Source: a virus. Taken from it: a stretch of 64,000 bases of DNA. Below are positions 28,759 through 38,990 of the stretch, in pieces (the stretch's first letter is position 1; every line of letters starts with the position of its first letter). The stretch spans positions 121,115 to 185,114 of the IMG/VR virus record IMGVR_UViG_3300034101_006340; one strand, given 5' to 3'. The notes below the pieces were generated by a model, which ran no database searches, was not told the DNA's origin, and saw only the letters and a list, made by a program, of their open reading frames with translations. The position numbers and the translations under genes were made by a program.

Positions 28759-29832
28759 TTATATATACTCACATTGTCCATCAATACAAGTACCATTTTG
28801 TGTGGATGGTCCTGACCAATTAGAAAATGGAGGATATCCTAAATAAGACTCGCAATCTGTAATATTTCCAGGTACTACATATGCTTTAAAGCAGCCATAT
28901 GAACCTTCGGACCCACCACAAGAATATCCAGGCGGACAATTACAGTCATCACAAGATACTACACTACAAGTGCCACTATCAACACATATTGTACGTTGAC
29001 ACTGAGCTACGCAAACTCCATCATCACAGCATTCGCCACTATCACACAAACTAACACATTGTCCATCAACACAAGTTTCACAACTATTAGAGTCACAAGG
29101 CGGATCACAGACCCCTGTGGTAACATCTGAAATTTCTTGATATGTAGAATAATCTATTACAATATTAGACTGAATAATATTTTGGCTAGTTTTATTATTA
29201 CAATAATATTTATTTGAAATATCATCTGATGTTTTGATGGTCTGTAACTGATTTAATAGATCGTCTTTAACTACTTTTTGTTTAGATACCGTTTCAAAAT
29301 ATTTTGTTAATACTAATTTTAGAGTACTATAATTTAAATAATAAGCAGTATTATTAATATCTAAAATATATGGCATAGCACTGTTAGTATTTTCGTTATA
29401 TAGGATATTTGCTAAACAAATAATATTACCTAAATGTATTTGATTTTCGATTGTTCCGTCTAATATAATAGTGTTGTAGCTGTCAATGCTGATAGAAACG
29501 CCATCTTGTAAAGAATTGTCATAGTTTTTGAGCACAGAATCCGTTTGCAGAGTGTTCGTTACTAAAAGATCAGGACTATTGACAACATTACCATTATTAA
29601 CATATATTACATAACAGTCCCAATAACTAATAACTTCTACTAAATCGTTATTATCACATGGTTCAATAAATAAATTGGTATCAGAAGATATTGTAATTTT
29701 TTGTCCAGTATCTTTATCTGTACGAATAACACTGGTAACTAAATCCCCAGAAGCTGATGTGGGGGTGGTAGTGTACTGGTATGAGAATTTATTAAGACAA
29801 TAGTCGTAAATATTTTGGTAGTTACATATCAT
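28759..29832 (-). CDS. Paralogue 2 of trio, Cys-rich C-terminus
   Basis: MICNYQNIYDYCLNKF...; CDPPCDSNSCETCVDGQCVSLCDSGECCDDGVC. ATG overlaps the upstream TGA. Confidence 0.65.
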   Translation of the reverse strand: MICNYQNIYDYCLNKFSYQYTTTPTSASGDLVTSVIRTDKDTGQKITISSDTNLFIEPCDNNDLVEVISYWDCYVIYVNNGNVVNSPDLLVTNTLQTDSVLKNYDNSLQDGVSISIDSYNTIILDGTIENQIHLGNIICLANILYNENTNSAMPYILDINNTAYYLNYSTLKLVLTKYFETVSKQKVVKDDLLNQLQTIKTSDDISNKYYCNNKTSQNIIQSNIVIDYSTYQEISDVTTGVCDPPCDSNSCETCVDGQCVSLCDSGECCDDGVCVAQCQRTICVDSGTCSVVSCDDCNCPPGYSCGGSEGSYGCFKAYVVPGNITDCESYLGYPPFSNWSGPSTQNGTCIDGQCEYI

Positions 29833-30962
29833 GGAGAACAACCTCCAGGACCTCTCCATGCTTCACATTCTAAACAACAGTCATATTCACTGGTATATAG
29901 ATTACCATTAGGATACTCTCCAAAATCATTAGGAATATTTCCAGTACAAGTATAATATACTATATTAGTGCTTGGGGATGTATATGGTAAGTTAATTTGA
30001 TCACATATATCGTCTTCGCCGCACACCCAGCATCCACAATCTCCGCAAATCCCATCATTACAACATTCTCCTTCATCGCACAGATCTACGCAACTACCAT
30101 CAATACATTCTTGACAAGAATTTGGATCACATGGCGGATCACACAAATTATTAAGTTCTTCACAGCTTAAAGTACTAAATTTAATAATAATATCATTACT
30201 GCCTGATATATTGGTCAATTTATTATATGTGGTAGTGGGTAGACTAGTAAAAAATATTTGTTTTTGTATATCGTCTATGCTAGATGCATTATTAATTTGA
30301 ATTATTATATTATCTAATATTAGTTTATAGTTTTTTAATTTATTGAAATAATTAGAAAGTATATTAGTTAAATTGTAGTAATTTAAAAAATGAGCATTGT
30401 TATAATAATCAACTAAAGATGGTAGTGGATCCTTACTATCATTAATATTCATAAGAGTAGCTAAAGATAATATGTTACTAAAATTAATAATATCATCATT
30501 TAAAGCTGGTAGAAGAATAGTATAGTTAGTGGTTTCGGAAACAACAGTATTAGAATACGCACCATTTTCAGCTATTGTAATATCTGTAGCAAAATTATCT
30601 ATTGTAATTAAAATTCCATTAGTTAAAGTTGTATTATAAGTGGTTGTGACATTTTTTATTTGCTCTTCTTTATATTTTGATAATGATGGATTATTTATTA
30701 TTCCATTATTATTTTTATACCATAAATAGCATTCCCAGGCTGTAAGGGATGCGTTTTCATCATTAGTATCGCAACTATAAATTTGCAGAGAAGAGCTTGG
30801 CTCTAATAATACTTTTTCTTGAGTATTTTTATCAATTCTATATACTGATCCATCGTAACCAGTATTGGGTATAACATAACCATCTTTGAGAATAAAACTA
30901 GCATATTCATAGACGTATTTGCTAGAACATAAATCATAAATATTGGAATATCCACATATCAT
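29829..30962 (-). CDS. Paralogue 1 of trio, Cys-rich C-terminus
   Basis: MICGYSNIYDLCSSKY...; CDPPCDPNSCQECIDGSCVDLCDEGECCNDGIC. Confidence 0.65.
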   Translation of the reverse strand: MICGYSNIYDLCSSKYVYEYASFILKDGYVIPNTGYDGSVYRIDKNTQEKVLLEPSSSLQIYSCDTNDENASLTAWECYLWYKNNNGIINNPSLSKYKEEQIKNVTTTYNTTLTNGILITIDNFATDITIAENGAYSNTVVSETTNYTILLPALNDDIINFSNILSLATLMNINDSKDPLPSLVDYYNNAHFLNYYNLTNILSNYFNKLKNYKLILDNIIIQINNASSIDDIQKQIFFTSLPTTTYNKLTNISGSNDIIIKFSTLSCEELNNLCDPPCDPNSCQECIDGSCVDLCDEGECCNDGICGDCGCWVCGEDDICDQINLPYTSPSTNIVYYTCTGNIPNDFGEYPNGNLYTSEYDCCLECEAWRGPGGCSP

Positions 30963-30972
30963 AAATGATATC

Positions 30973-33900
30973 CTATGTAAACTTAAATTCTGATATATCT
31001 ATACAGACAATATTACCTGATTTTAATCTAATATATCTATAATTCCAATTACCATTTATAACTCTTGAAGATGTTGCTGAAGTGAAACTCGAACTGTTGA
31101 ATGCTTCTATGAGTGTCCAGTTGACATTATCAGTACTGCCTTCCACACTGGCATGATTAATATAGGTTGGACCATAAAAATAATGAGCAGTAACTGTTAT
31201 AGATTTAACATTTCGTATCGAACCAAAATCGGCAATTATAAAAGCAGCACCAGTACTACCAGCACAACTGCTAAAAGTACTACCAGCTGCATTCACATTA
31301 TCTTTAAGATCATTTATATTAGGATAAAATAGATTACCAATTGTAGTACTCTTTGCTCCACAACAAGGAGCACTACTAGTAAATGTCCAAGAAGATATTG
31401 GTCCATATGACGGCGATGTTGTGGTGACAAATAGGACAACAGGATTACTACTAAAATAACTTGTATTTTTTGTAGATAAAGACAAACCATATGTTCCTGG
31501 TCCGGGTACTGTTAGTGTAGCACTTGTTGCGGTATAATATGTACTAGTTTTATTTGATGGAGTTGTTATATTCCAATATTGTAAATAATAACTAATATTA
31601 CCTGGAATATCATAGCCACTAGCTGCTGGTCCAGATGGAGCAACCCATGTCAAATTAATACCGGTTGCAGAGCTTGCTGTTGCGGTAAAATTGGTCGGAG
31701 AAGATGGTGATGAAAGTCCCTTGGATATACATTCATGATTAAGCCATGATGAAACACCGCTAGGATTATAGGCTCTAACGCGAGCACAGAATGATACACT
31801 ATTATGATTAACGCATTGAGCATTAAGATTAACATTGCCTGGGATGCTGTAAGTAGTTAATTGAGTACTAAAATTGCTATCAGCAGCATATTGTACTTCA
31901 TATCCTGTTATTGCTAATCCTCCATTATTAGAGGGTGTTTGCCATTTAAAAACAGGAATGTGAGAACCAACAACAGTATTGCCATAAGTAAATCCGGTAC
32001 AAGTAATATTAGAACCAATAATATAATAAGAAGTATTCCATGATCCCCAAGAACTAGAAGTAATTCCATTCTTAGAGATACCACTATAATATGTCAAACC
32101 ATTCATTAAATATACATATACAATACCAGTTTGAGATGATGTTAATGCTCCGGCCTGAATGGCAGCAGTGCGTATGTCGCTATCATGTGTATAAGGATTT
32201 CTTCCCCATATTGGACCCCCACTATAAGGAGTAGTTACTCTAACTCCATAAATAGTATCTAATTGACTATAGTTTGTCATATTTATCGCATTATTAATAG
32301 TCATATTGAATGAGCCATTCTGCGGAACTGCTGTAAATGACAATGTACTATTTAATGGTGGAGATGGAGCAGAGTAAGGCGGCACCGGAGTAGCTTGGCC
32401 AATATTAGAGAATGATCCTGTGCCTATGGTATTAAGAGCCCTAACTCTAAAATAATAATTAGTATTATTAGTCAGCGACGATATTGATGTTTGTAAACCA
32501 GTTACGGTTGTATTATTTACATTAGTAGCAAAAGTAGAGCTAGTGCTATATTGTAAATTATATCCAGTAATTGCAGATCCTTTGGATACTGGCTTATACC
32601 AGCTAGCAAGCACAGTAGTATTTCCTGGATTTAAATTATATAGCAATGGACTATCCGGAACTTGCTTACTGAGAAATGTTGATGAACTGTTGGCACTAGA
32701 TCCAACACTGTTATTAGCTTTTCCTCTAAAATAAAAAGTACTATAATTACCAGTTATTGGAACATCAAAACTAATAGAACTTATATTGTTTTGTGTTGTT
32801 AGTGTTAATAGATTACTAGTAAAGCCAGACCCAGAAGAAACATATATAGTATAATTAATAATTGGAGAACCACCATTGTCTGCTGGTGGATTCCATCCTA
32901 GGTTTATAGTATCATCATCTATCCAATTAGCAATAAATCCAGATGGAGCATTAGGAATTGTCAGGGGCTTATTGGGTACAGCTAGCACACCTGAAGAATA
33001 TGGTCCGTAACCTAATTGGTTATAACCTCTCATTCTAAAATAATACGTGGTATTATTTGTCAAACCAGTAACAGTGATAGGCGTATAGTTAGCAGTATGC
33101 GAAGAGGAAGTTACGCTAGAAAAAGCACTATTGGTACTACGTTCTAAACCAAAGAAAGAAATAACATTTCCTCCATTGCCGGTTGATGGTAAATAAGATA
33201 TGGTTATAGAACCATCTCCAACCGATGTCGATAAGTTGATAGGTGCGCTTGGTACTGTTTTAGCCAATGTGAAAGAAGAATGAGTTCCTGTGCCAGCAAG
33301 ATTAATAGGAATAATTCTAAAATAATAATTACCGGTCGATGTTAATTCACTGCTAAATTTAGCTATCTTAAACTCTATTTTGTTATTTTTATAGTATAGG
33401 GATAAACCTTGAGAATTTGTTGTGGGTGATGTTGTAGTTGGAACACCAACATAAAAAGTCGAATTGTAATTTGGTGAAGTATCCACATCAGGAAAATTAG
33501 CATACATTGATCTATCGATACGATAACCAGTAATTGTGGATCCTCCGTTATTAGATGGAGCATTCCAGCTTACATATGTTTCATCAAATCCCCAAACGCC
33601 GCTCAATGAGCTAACACCAGACGGAACATTATACAATGGCGCGACCTCAAATATATTTGATTCTACTGATTGTCCATAAGAATTACTACTATAAAGCTTG
33701 ATATAATATGAGCTAGAATCAGACAACCCGGTAATACTACCAGAAGAATCTGTAAATGGCTGTGTATTTACTATTTCGTTTGGTGAAGTGCCGTATAGTG
33801 CTGTATATGATATTGTAGAATCACTGTTGGTTGGTGGGTTCCAATCCATATCAATTTTTCCACTGCCTCTTATTATTGAAGCAAAATCTATTTTTCCTGG

Positions 33901-34812
33901 TTCTTTACCATATGGAATTTCATCGTCAATAAAAAATTCTATACTAAGTTCTGAATATAAATTTTTAGCATTAGCTATAACATTTAGATATGCATCGTTA
34001 CTAATAGTAGCAGTAAAATTTTCGATTAGACTATTGTTATTTTTAGCAACTGTTATTTTTGCATTATTTGATCTGGGTAAAACAGGTAATGGGGTACTAA
34101 CTCCAAATTTTTTAGCGCTATTACCAGCACCAGTGCCAGCCTTGAGGGTTGTTTCTACTTTTTGATAAAATCTTTTGCATTTATTGAGTTCTTCATTGTA
34201 GATTAAAGGCTTAAAGTTAGTAACTACTGAACCAATCTCTAGTTTAGCTCGACCTATATCAATAATTGAGGAATTACTTAAAGCGCCAGACGGAGATATT
34301 TCAACCATAAGTGTTGAAGCATTATCTGGAACAATAAAAGAGTTACTATACAAAGTCCAAGCGTCTGTTGCTAATGAACCACTAAAAGCAGCATCGCTAA
34401 TTTCTATTTTACCGTTCGCCAACGAATTAAAATCTGTGCTATAGTAAACTCTACCATATACTAAACCAGTCCAGTTACTATCGGCTGGTTTTTTGGCATA
34501 AAAACTAAAGGTTGTTGTTTTCCCTCTTAGCCCTGCTGATATATCGCTATCTATAGCTTGAGATAAAACTGGATAAGAACCGGAAGACAGTGTTTGTAGT
34601 CTAATAATATTAGTAGCATTATCTAGTCCAACATTGCCAGCGATTCTAGAAGCTTTATTTGAACCGTTAGAAATCATATACCAACGATCTGCTGTAAAAC
34701 CACCAGCATAAAATGGTGTTCCTCTTTGCCATATATCAAAATTACCATTAATTAAAAGATTATCATTACTACTTCTAGTAATATTTTTAGCATAATTTAA
34801 TATCTTGACCAT
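30973..34812 (-). CDS. Multidomain virion protein: CBM-like + ~6 FN3 + LCCL + discoidin (F5/8C)-like
   Basis: NLLINGNFDIWQRG...ADRW (CBM4/9-like); repeated FN3; IWGRNPYTHDSDIRTAAIQAG...YSGISKNGITSSSWGSW (LCCL); IADFGSIRNVKSI...VEGSTDNVNWT...YRYIRL (discoidin). Confidence 0.75.
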   Translation of the reverse strand: MVKILNYAKNITRSSNDNLLINGNFDIWQRGTPFYAGGFTADRWYMISNGSNKASRIAGNVGLDNATNIIRLQTLSSGSYPVLSQAIDSDISAGLRGKTTTFSFYAKKPADSNWTGLVYGRVYYSTDFNSLANGKIEISDAAFSGSLATDAWTLYSNSFIVPDNASTLMVEISPSGALSNSSIIDIGRAKLEIGSVVTNFKPLIYNEELNKCKRFYQKVETTLKAGTGAGNSAKKFGVSTPLPVLPRSNNAKITVAKNNNSLIENFTATISNDAYLNVIANAKNLYSELSIEFFIDDEIPYGKEPGKIDFASIIRGSGKIDMDWNPPTNSDSTISYTALYGTSPNEIVNTQPFTDSSGSITGLSDSSSYYIKLYSSNSYGQSVESNIFEVAPLYNVPSGVSSLSGVWGFDETYVSWNAPSNNGGSTITGYRIDRSMYANFPDVDTSPNYNSTFYVGVPTTTSPTTNSQGLSLYYKNNKIEFKIAKFSSELTSTGNYYFRIIPINLAGTGTHSSFTLAKTVPSAPINLSTSVGDGSITISYLPSTGNGGNVISFFGLERSTNSAFSSVTSSSHTANYTPITVTGLTNNTTYYFRMRGYNQLGYGPYSSGVLAVPNKPLTIPNAPSGFIANWIDDDTINLGWNPPADNGGSPIINYTIYVSSGSGFTSNLLTLTTQNNISSISFDVPITGNYSTFYFRGKANNSVGSSANSSSTFLSKQVPDSPLLYNLNPGNTTVLASWYKPVSKGSAITGYNLQYSTSSTFATNVNNTTVTGLQTSISSLTNNTNYYFRVRALNTIGTGSFSNIGQATPVPPYSAPSPPLNSTLSFTAVPQNGSFNMTINNAINMTNYSQLDTIYGVRVTTPYSGGPIWGRNPYTHDSDIRTAAIQAGALTSSQTGIVYVYLMNGLTYYSGISKNGITSSSWGSWNTSYYIIGSNITCTGFTYGNTVVGSHIPVFKWQTPSNNGGLAITGYEVQYAADSNFSTQLTTYSIPGNVNLNAQCVNHNSVSFCARVRAYNPSGVSSWLNHECISKGLSSPSSPTNFTATASSATGINLTWVAPSGPAASGYDIPGNISYYLQYWNITTPSNKTSTYYTATSATLTVPGPGTYGLSLSTKNTSYFSSNPVVLFVTTTSPSYGPISSWTFTSSAPCCGAKSTTIGNLFYPNINDLKDNVNAAGSTFSSCAGSTGAAFIIADFGSIRNVKSITVTAHYFYGPTYINHASVEGSTDNVNWTLIEAFNSSSFTSATSSRVINGNWNYRYIRLKSGNIVCIDISEFKFT

Positions 34813-34814
34813 AA

Positions 34815-34982
34815 TTACCCTATATCAGGTTTATCTTTTTCGGATAAAGTTTTATTTATAGCATTTAGCTTTTCGTACAATTGACCAATAGCAACAAGAT
34901 CACTAGCCTTAAAAACACCTCGTTGAGTAGCCAAATCAATAACTACCATTAGATTTTGAATATCACCAGCATTTAATTCCAT
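34815..34982 (-). CDS. 55-aa phage protein (MELNAGDIQNLMVVIDLATQRGVFKASDLVAIGQLYEKL...)
   Basis: Translated by hand, below the track cutoff. Has a GGAG RBS and fills the gap between two genes. Confidence 0.7.
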   Translation of the reverse strand: MELNAGDIQNLMVVIDLATQRGVFKASDLVAIGQLYEKLNAINKTLSEKDKPDIG

Positions 34983-34996
34983 GATTTTCTCCTAAA

Positions 34997-35320
34997 TTAA
35001 ACTCCAGAAGGTGGAGGAGCAACAAGCCCCTGTTCTATTCCGGCCTTCCTTATATATAATAGTAATGATTGTACTATATTTGCAAGGTCGTTATCTTCAG
35101 CACTCTTACTTAAAATATTATCAATAATGATATTAGTTCCAAGATCATTTGGCATAAATTCTGCTACTCCATCAAATACTCCAAACTTTCTTAGCAAAAT
35201 ATTAGCATTAGCATCTCCATTAACATTAGGTGCGCTAATATTTACATTGGATACCCAGTATTTATCATATGTTTTTGCTGGTATCGTGCTTGGTTCAATT
35301 GGTTCTATAGTTGGTAACAT
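34997..35320 (-). CDS. Small protein downstream of fibre gene, possible fibre chaperone
   Basis: MLPTIEP start with GGAG RBS. Function inferred from position only. Confidence 0.5.
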   Translation of the reverse strand: MLPTIEPIEPSTIPAKTYDKYWVSNVNISAPNVNGDANANILLRKFGVFDGVAEFMPNDLGTNIIIDNILSKSAEDNDLANIVQSLLLYIRKAGIEQGLVAPPPSGV

Positions 35321-35337
35321 TTTATTCTCCTTTATTT

Positions 35338-38300
35338 TTAGCCGCACATGAGCGTACAAGCAACAAGATATGAATCATCTGAATATTCTGTTATTTTATT
35401 TACTGAAGAAACTTTGCCTATGGTACTAGATCGTACAATATCATCATTTTGGGCTATTGCTGTACCATCTCCAGCACTTTCTAAAAGATCACCGGATTGC
35501 ACAATACCTTTTACTCTAACGTAATATGCTCCCAAACCAGCAACATACATATCTCCAGTACTAGCATAATTTTCATCCCAACCTAAAAATACTCCGTAAA
35601 CTCTTTTGCTTTTTGGAATATCGCTTATTTTAACACGTACTAATCTATCACTTTTACCATCAATCCATTCGCATGTTTCATCTAAAGTTTCTAAAACTGT
35701 ACCACGTAAAATTTCTGGTTTACTATTATCTATTAATTGCGACCAGTGAGATCCACAGAAAGCATTATAACTAACAGTATTTCCAGCTATACTAATAGAT
35801 CCCTCAAGAACAGCATCTTGATATAATGCAACTATGGTTCCGTCAGCAGCTTTTAGATTTAATCGTAAACATTCAAAGGATGAGCGGCTGACGCTGATGT
35901 AGTCGGTGGCGATTGCCACGCCGTTGGTGTTTGCACCTGCTGGGTCTGTGGTTGTAAATTGTCCAACTAATACATTTCCGTTAGCATCTACCCTAAATCG
36001 TTCTGCTCCACCAGCCGTGCTAATGCAAAATATATCGGCCCCAGCACTACCAAGAAATGGTCCATTACCAGTTGAACCATTATTTAATTGAACACCGTAT
36101 TTTTCAGTAGCAGCAAAAAACTGAGTACGTCCATTGCCTCCAACTCGTACTCTTTCTACTCCAACAGTATCAAAAGTTATATTATTTCCAACACTTCCCA
36201 TATCTGGCGCATATGTTACAGCAGTATCTTGAAAAGCTAATCTGCTTCTGGTTCCTCCGGTATTGTTTAGATATGTTGTGATATTATTGGTTGCACTAGC
36301 ACTACCAACAACGTGTAAACGATAAGATACCGTAGCTGTTCCTATTCCAACATTTCCACCTTGTCTATTTAAGATTAATGCTTGATGACCAGTTTCAGCA
36401 TTATTAGTAGATTGAATCTCAGCATATTGACCAACACCGAACTCATAATAACAACTCATTTTTAATCTTTGATCAAGATTATCAATAAGAATACTAGTTC
36501 GTCCACCGTTATTATCTTGCATTACTGATAATACTTCGGGTGGGCTTGTTGATGCTGCTCCTATTCCAACATTTCCAGCACTAGTTATTCTCATTCTTTC
36601 AGTATTATTAGTCCCAAAAACTAATGCCTTATTAGGCTCAACTCTTATTAAACCATCTTCTGTACCCATTAATCCTATTAATAAGCCACTAGCGGTAGTA
36701 GTATCCGTATTCGATATTCGTAAATAAACATCGTCAGCGGATGATCCGTGGATCTGGAGACGTTGTGTGGGAGAAGATGTTCCTATTCCAAGATTACTTC
36801 CGTCAAAAGTTAAATTACTTTCAGCATTAATTCCAACACTACTTCCAGTACTAGTAAGTATTCTATTATCACCACTATTAGCTATTGTGGGTAATAATCC
36901 AGTAACTCCACTACCAAAATTAGTAATGTCAGATATGGTATGAGTATGATTTAGTTGAGCATATTGTGCGGGACCTCCTAAACCAGCCCACTCTACAACA
37001 TCTCCAGAAGCTCCTGGAGAACTTAATAAGAAAGATGTTCCATTTGTAGCAGTATAGTCTTCACCATCCAGTAATTTAAATCCATTGTAATATACTTGTA
37101 GATTACCAACTAAATAATTTGGAGTAACAGTAAAAGTATCTTTAGCTGTTGTTAATATCTCATATCCAGTAATGGCAACCGCATATAAATTTATTGTTAA
37201 GTTTCCATCATTATCATTATAAGAAACACTAAGTCCTGTTCCGGCAACTATTCCTGTGCCTATTATATCCATAACATCTTCTGCTGATACTGCTCCGCCA
37301 GATGATGTGCTATTTATTGTATAATTTCCATTATTAGAAAATATGCTAATTCCTGTTCCAGCAATTATATCTTTAACTGGTAATAGTCCGCTTACACCAC
37401 TATTAAAATCGGTAATTTGACTACTAGAATGAGTGTGACCACTCAAGCTAACTCCGGTACCATTCACCAAAAGATTTTGACTAAAGTTACCAGTACCAAC
37501 AACATCTAGTTTATATGATGGTGAGCTAGTACCTATGCCAACCCTATCTGTGCTGGCGTCAGTAAATAAAAGATTAGTATCTGTGTCGCCCTCTACTCTA
37601 AGATCTAAATTAGCCCCCTGTTCATTAACTGTAAACTCGCTGTTGTTCATCCTAATATAGTAACCAAGATATGAGGTGCTATATCCAGTTAAAGGAATGG
37701 AGCCTTGTCTTATAAGTCCAAGGTTTATAGTAGATCCTTTAAACTGACTAATCCCACTATCGTATATGAGGGTATATTCATCTACTAATAAGGGATAACT
37801 AAAATCGCTGATTACATTATTGAGATCTTGTATATTTTGTGAGGAGATGTTGGTTAAATATCCCTGTAAGGCGTGATTGCCCCATCCATGAGCAGCATTC
37901 CAATTGGTTGAATCACCGCTAGTGGCTGTAATAACACCACTAACATCCAGCTTAGAAGAAGGTGAAGATGTGCCTATACCAATATTTGTTCCATTGTCAT
38001 AAATTATACTATTATTTAAACTATTAGTTCCAGTCCATTTTGTAATAGAATTGGCTGAACCAGTTCCTGTTGGAACCGCTGTGCCACTAACTTGTAATGT
38101 AGTAAAATTTCCACTAGAGCTAGGAACCCACAATCCACTAACACTATTATACTGTAAAAATTGTCCATTAGTCGCACCGGTTACAGCAACATTATGAAGC
38201 TCTTCCAACTCATAACCATTTTGAACTCTAACCTCAATAACTCCTTCGTTTTGATGAGTTCGTACAATAGTTCCCATAGCCACAATATGATAAGGAGCAT

Positions 38301-38919
38301 ATGGTTTAGTTGTTGTTAACGCTCCTGATACTGTAGGACTCAAATATAAAACTGATCCATTAACATCTCCTATTGGCGCAGTTGGATTAAACTGATCAGT
38401 ATTTAATCCTGTTAATGCGCCGAGCACAATAACTCTACCACTGCTCATATTATCTATAGCTTCGTAGGTTATTCCATAAGTACCAGCGCTACTAATATCA
38501 GCAGTAGCAAGAGCTTTTTGTATAGTAGGAAGATCACCCTGACCACCATTTATATAAACAGCAGTCATTTTGGGAATACTAGCCCCTGTTTTATTAAATA
38601 CTGTTGTAACAACCGAAGATGATGTTTCAACAGATGTCATAGTATTGCTAATGGTATAAATACCACTAATGCTAGAAACCGATATATCTGATCCTGCAAC
38701 TATGTTTTTGACTGGAAGAAGCCCGCTTACAGCATTATTAAAATAGGTTCCGCTAAGATTAACAGGATTTAATCCTGACCATTGAGTAAATCCATCTCCA
38801 ATTTTTAAAATATTATTTGTAAGATCATAGCCGGGTTCACCACTAGCTAAAACAGGATTAGTCGATGCCCACTCAGACGATAATCCTTTGCGAAGTTGTA
38901 TAGTGTTATTAACTGGCAT
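35338..38919 (-). CDS. Tail/capsid fibre: Mtd_N-like N-terminus, GNVGIGT repeats, C-terminal intramolecular chaperone/peptidase-like domain
   Basis: MPVNNTIQLRKG..SEWASTNPVLASGEPG..LKIGDG; multiple (G)NVGIGT/RMRITSAGNVGIG; YNAFCGSHWSQL...GDLLESAGDG..AQNDD. Confidence 0.75.
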   Translation of the reverse strand: MPVNNTIQLRKGLSSEWASTNPVLASGEPGYDLTNNILKIGDGFTQWSGLNPVNLSGTYFNNAVSGLLPVKNIVAGSDISVSSISGIYTISNTMTSVETSSSVVTTVFNKTGASIPKMTAVYINGGQGDLPTIQKALATADISSAGTYGITYEAIDNMSSGRVIVLGALTGLNTDQFNPTAPIGDVNGSVLYLSPTVSGALTTTKPYAPYHIVAMGTIVRTHQNEGVIEVRVQNGYELEELHNVAVTGATNGQFLQYNSVSGLWVPSSSGNFTTLQVSGTAVPTGTGSANSITKWTGTNSLNNSIIYDNGTNIGIGTSSPSSKLDVSGVITATSGDSTNWNAAHGWGNHALQGYLTNISSQNIQDLNNVISDFSYPLLVDEYTLIYDSGISQFKGSTINLGLIRQGSIPLTGYSTSYLGYYIRMNNSEFTVNEQGANLDLRVEGDTDTNLLFTDASTDRVGIGTSSPSYKLDVVGTGNFSQNLLVNGTGVSLSGHTHSSSQITDFNSGVSGLLPVKDIIAGTGISIFSNNGNYTINSTSSGGAVSAEDVMDIIGTGIVAGTGLSVSYNDNDGNLTINLYAVAITGYEILTTAKDTFTVTPNYLVGNLQVYYNGFKLLDGEDYTATNGTSFLLSSPGASGDVVEWAGLGGPAQYAQLNHTHTISDITNFGSGVTGLLPTIANSGDNRILTSTGSSVGINAESNLTFDGSNLGIGTSSPTQRLQIHGSSADDVYLRISNTDTTTASGLLIGLMGTEDGLIRVEPNKALVFGTNNTERMRITSAGNVGIGAASTSPPEVLSVMQDNNGGRTSILIDNLDQRLKMSCYYEFGVGQYAEIQSTNNAETGHQALILNRQGGNVGIGTATVSYRLHVVGSASATNNITTYLNNTGGTRSRLAFQDTAVTYAPDMGSVGNNITFDTVGVERVRVGGNGRTQFFAATEKYGVQLNNGSTGNGPFLGSAGADIFCISTAGGAERFRVDANGNVLVGQFTTTDPAGANTNGVAIATDYISVSRSSFECLRLNLKAADGTIVALYQDAVLEGSISIAGNTVSYNAFCGSHWSQLIDNSKPEILRGTVLETLDETCEWIDGKSDRLVRVKISDIPKSKRVYGVFLGWDENYASTGDMYVAGLGAYYVRVKGIVQSGDLLESAGDGTAIAQNDDIVRSSTIGKVSSVNKITEYSDDSYLVACTLMCG

Positions 38920-38990
38920 AATAGTCCTATAATCTTACTAGAAATGTACTATAATCTACAATATAATAACCAATATAACAATTATGTCAA

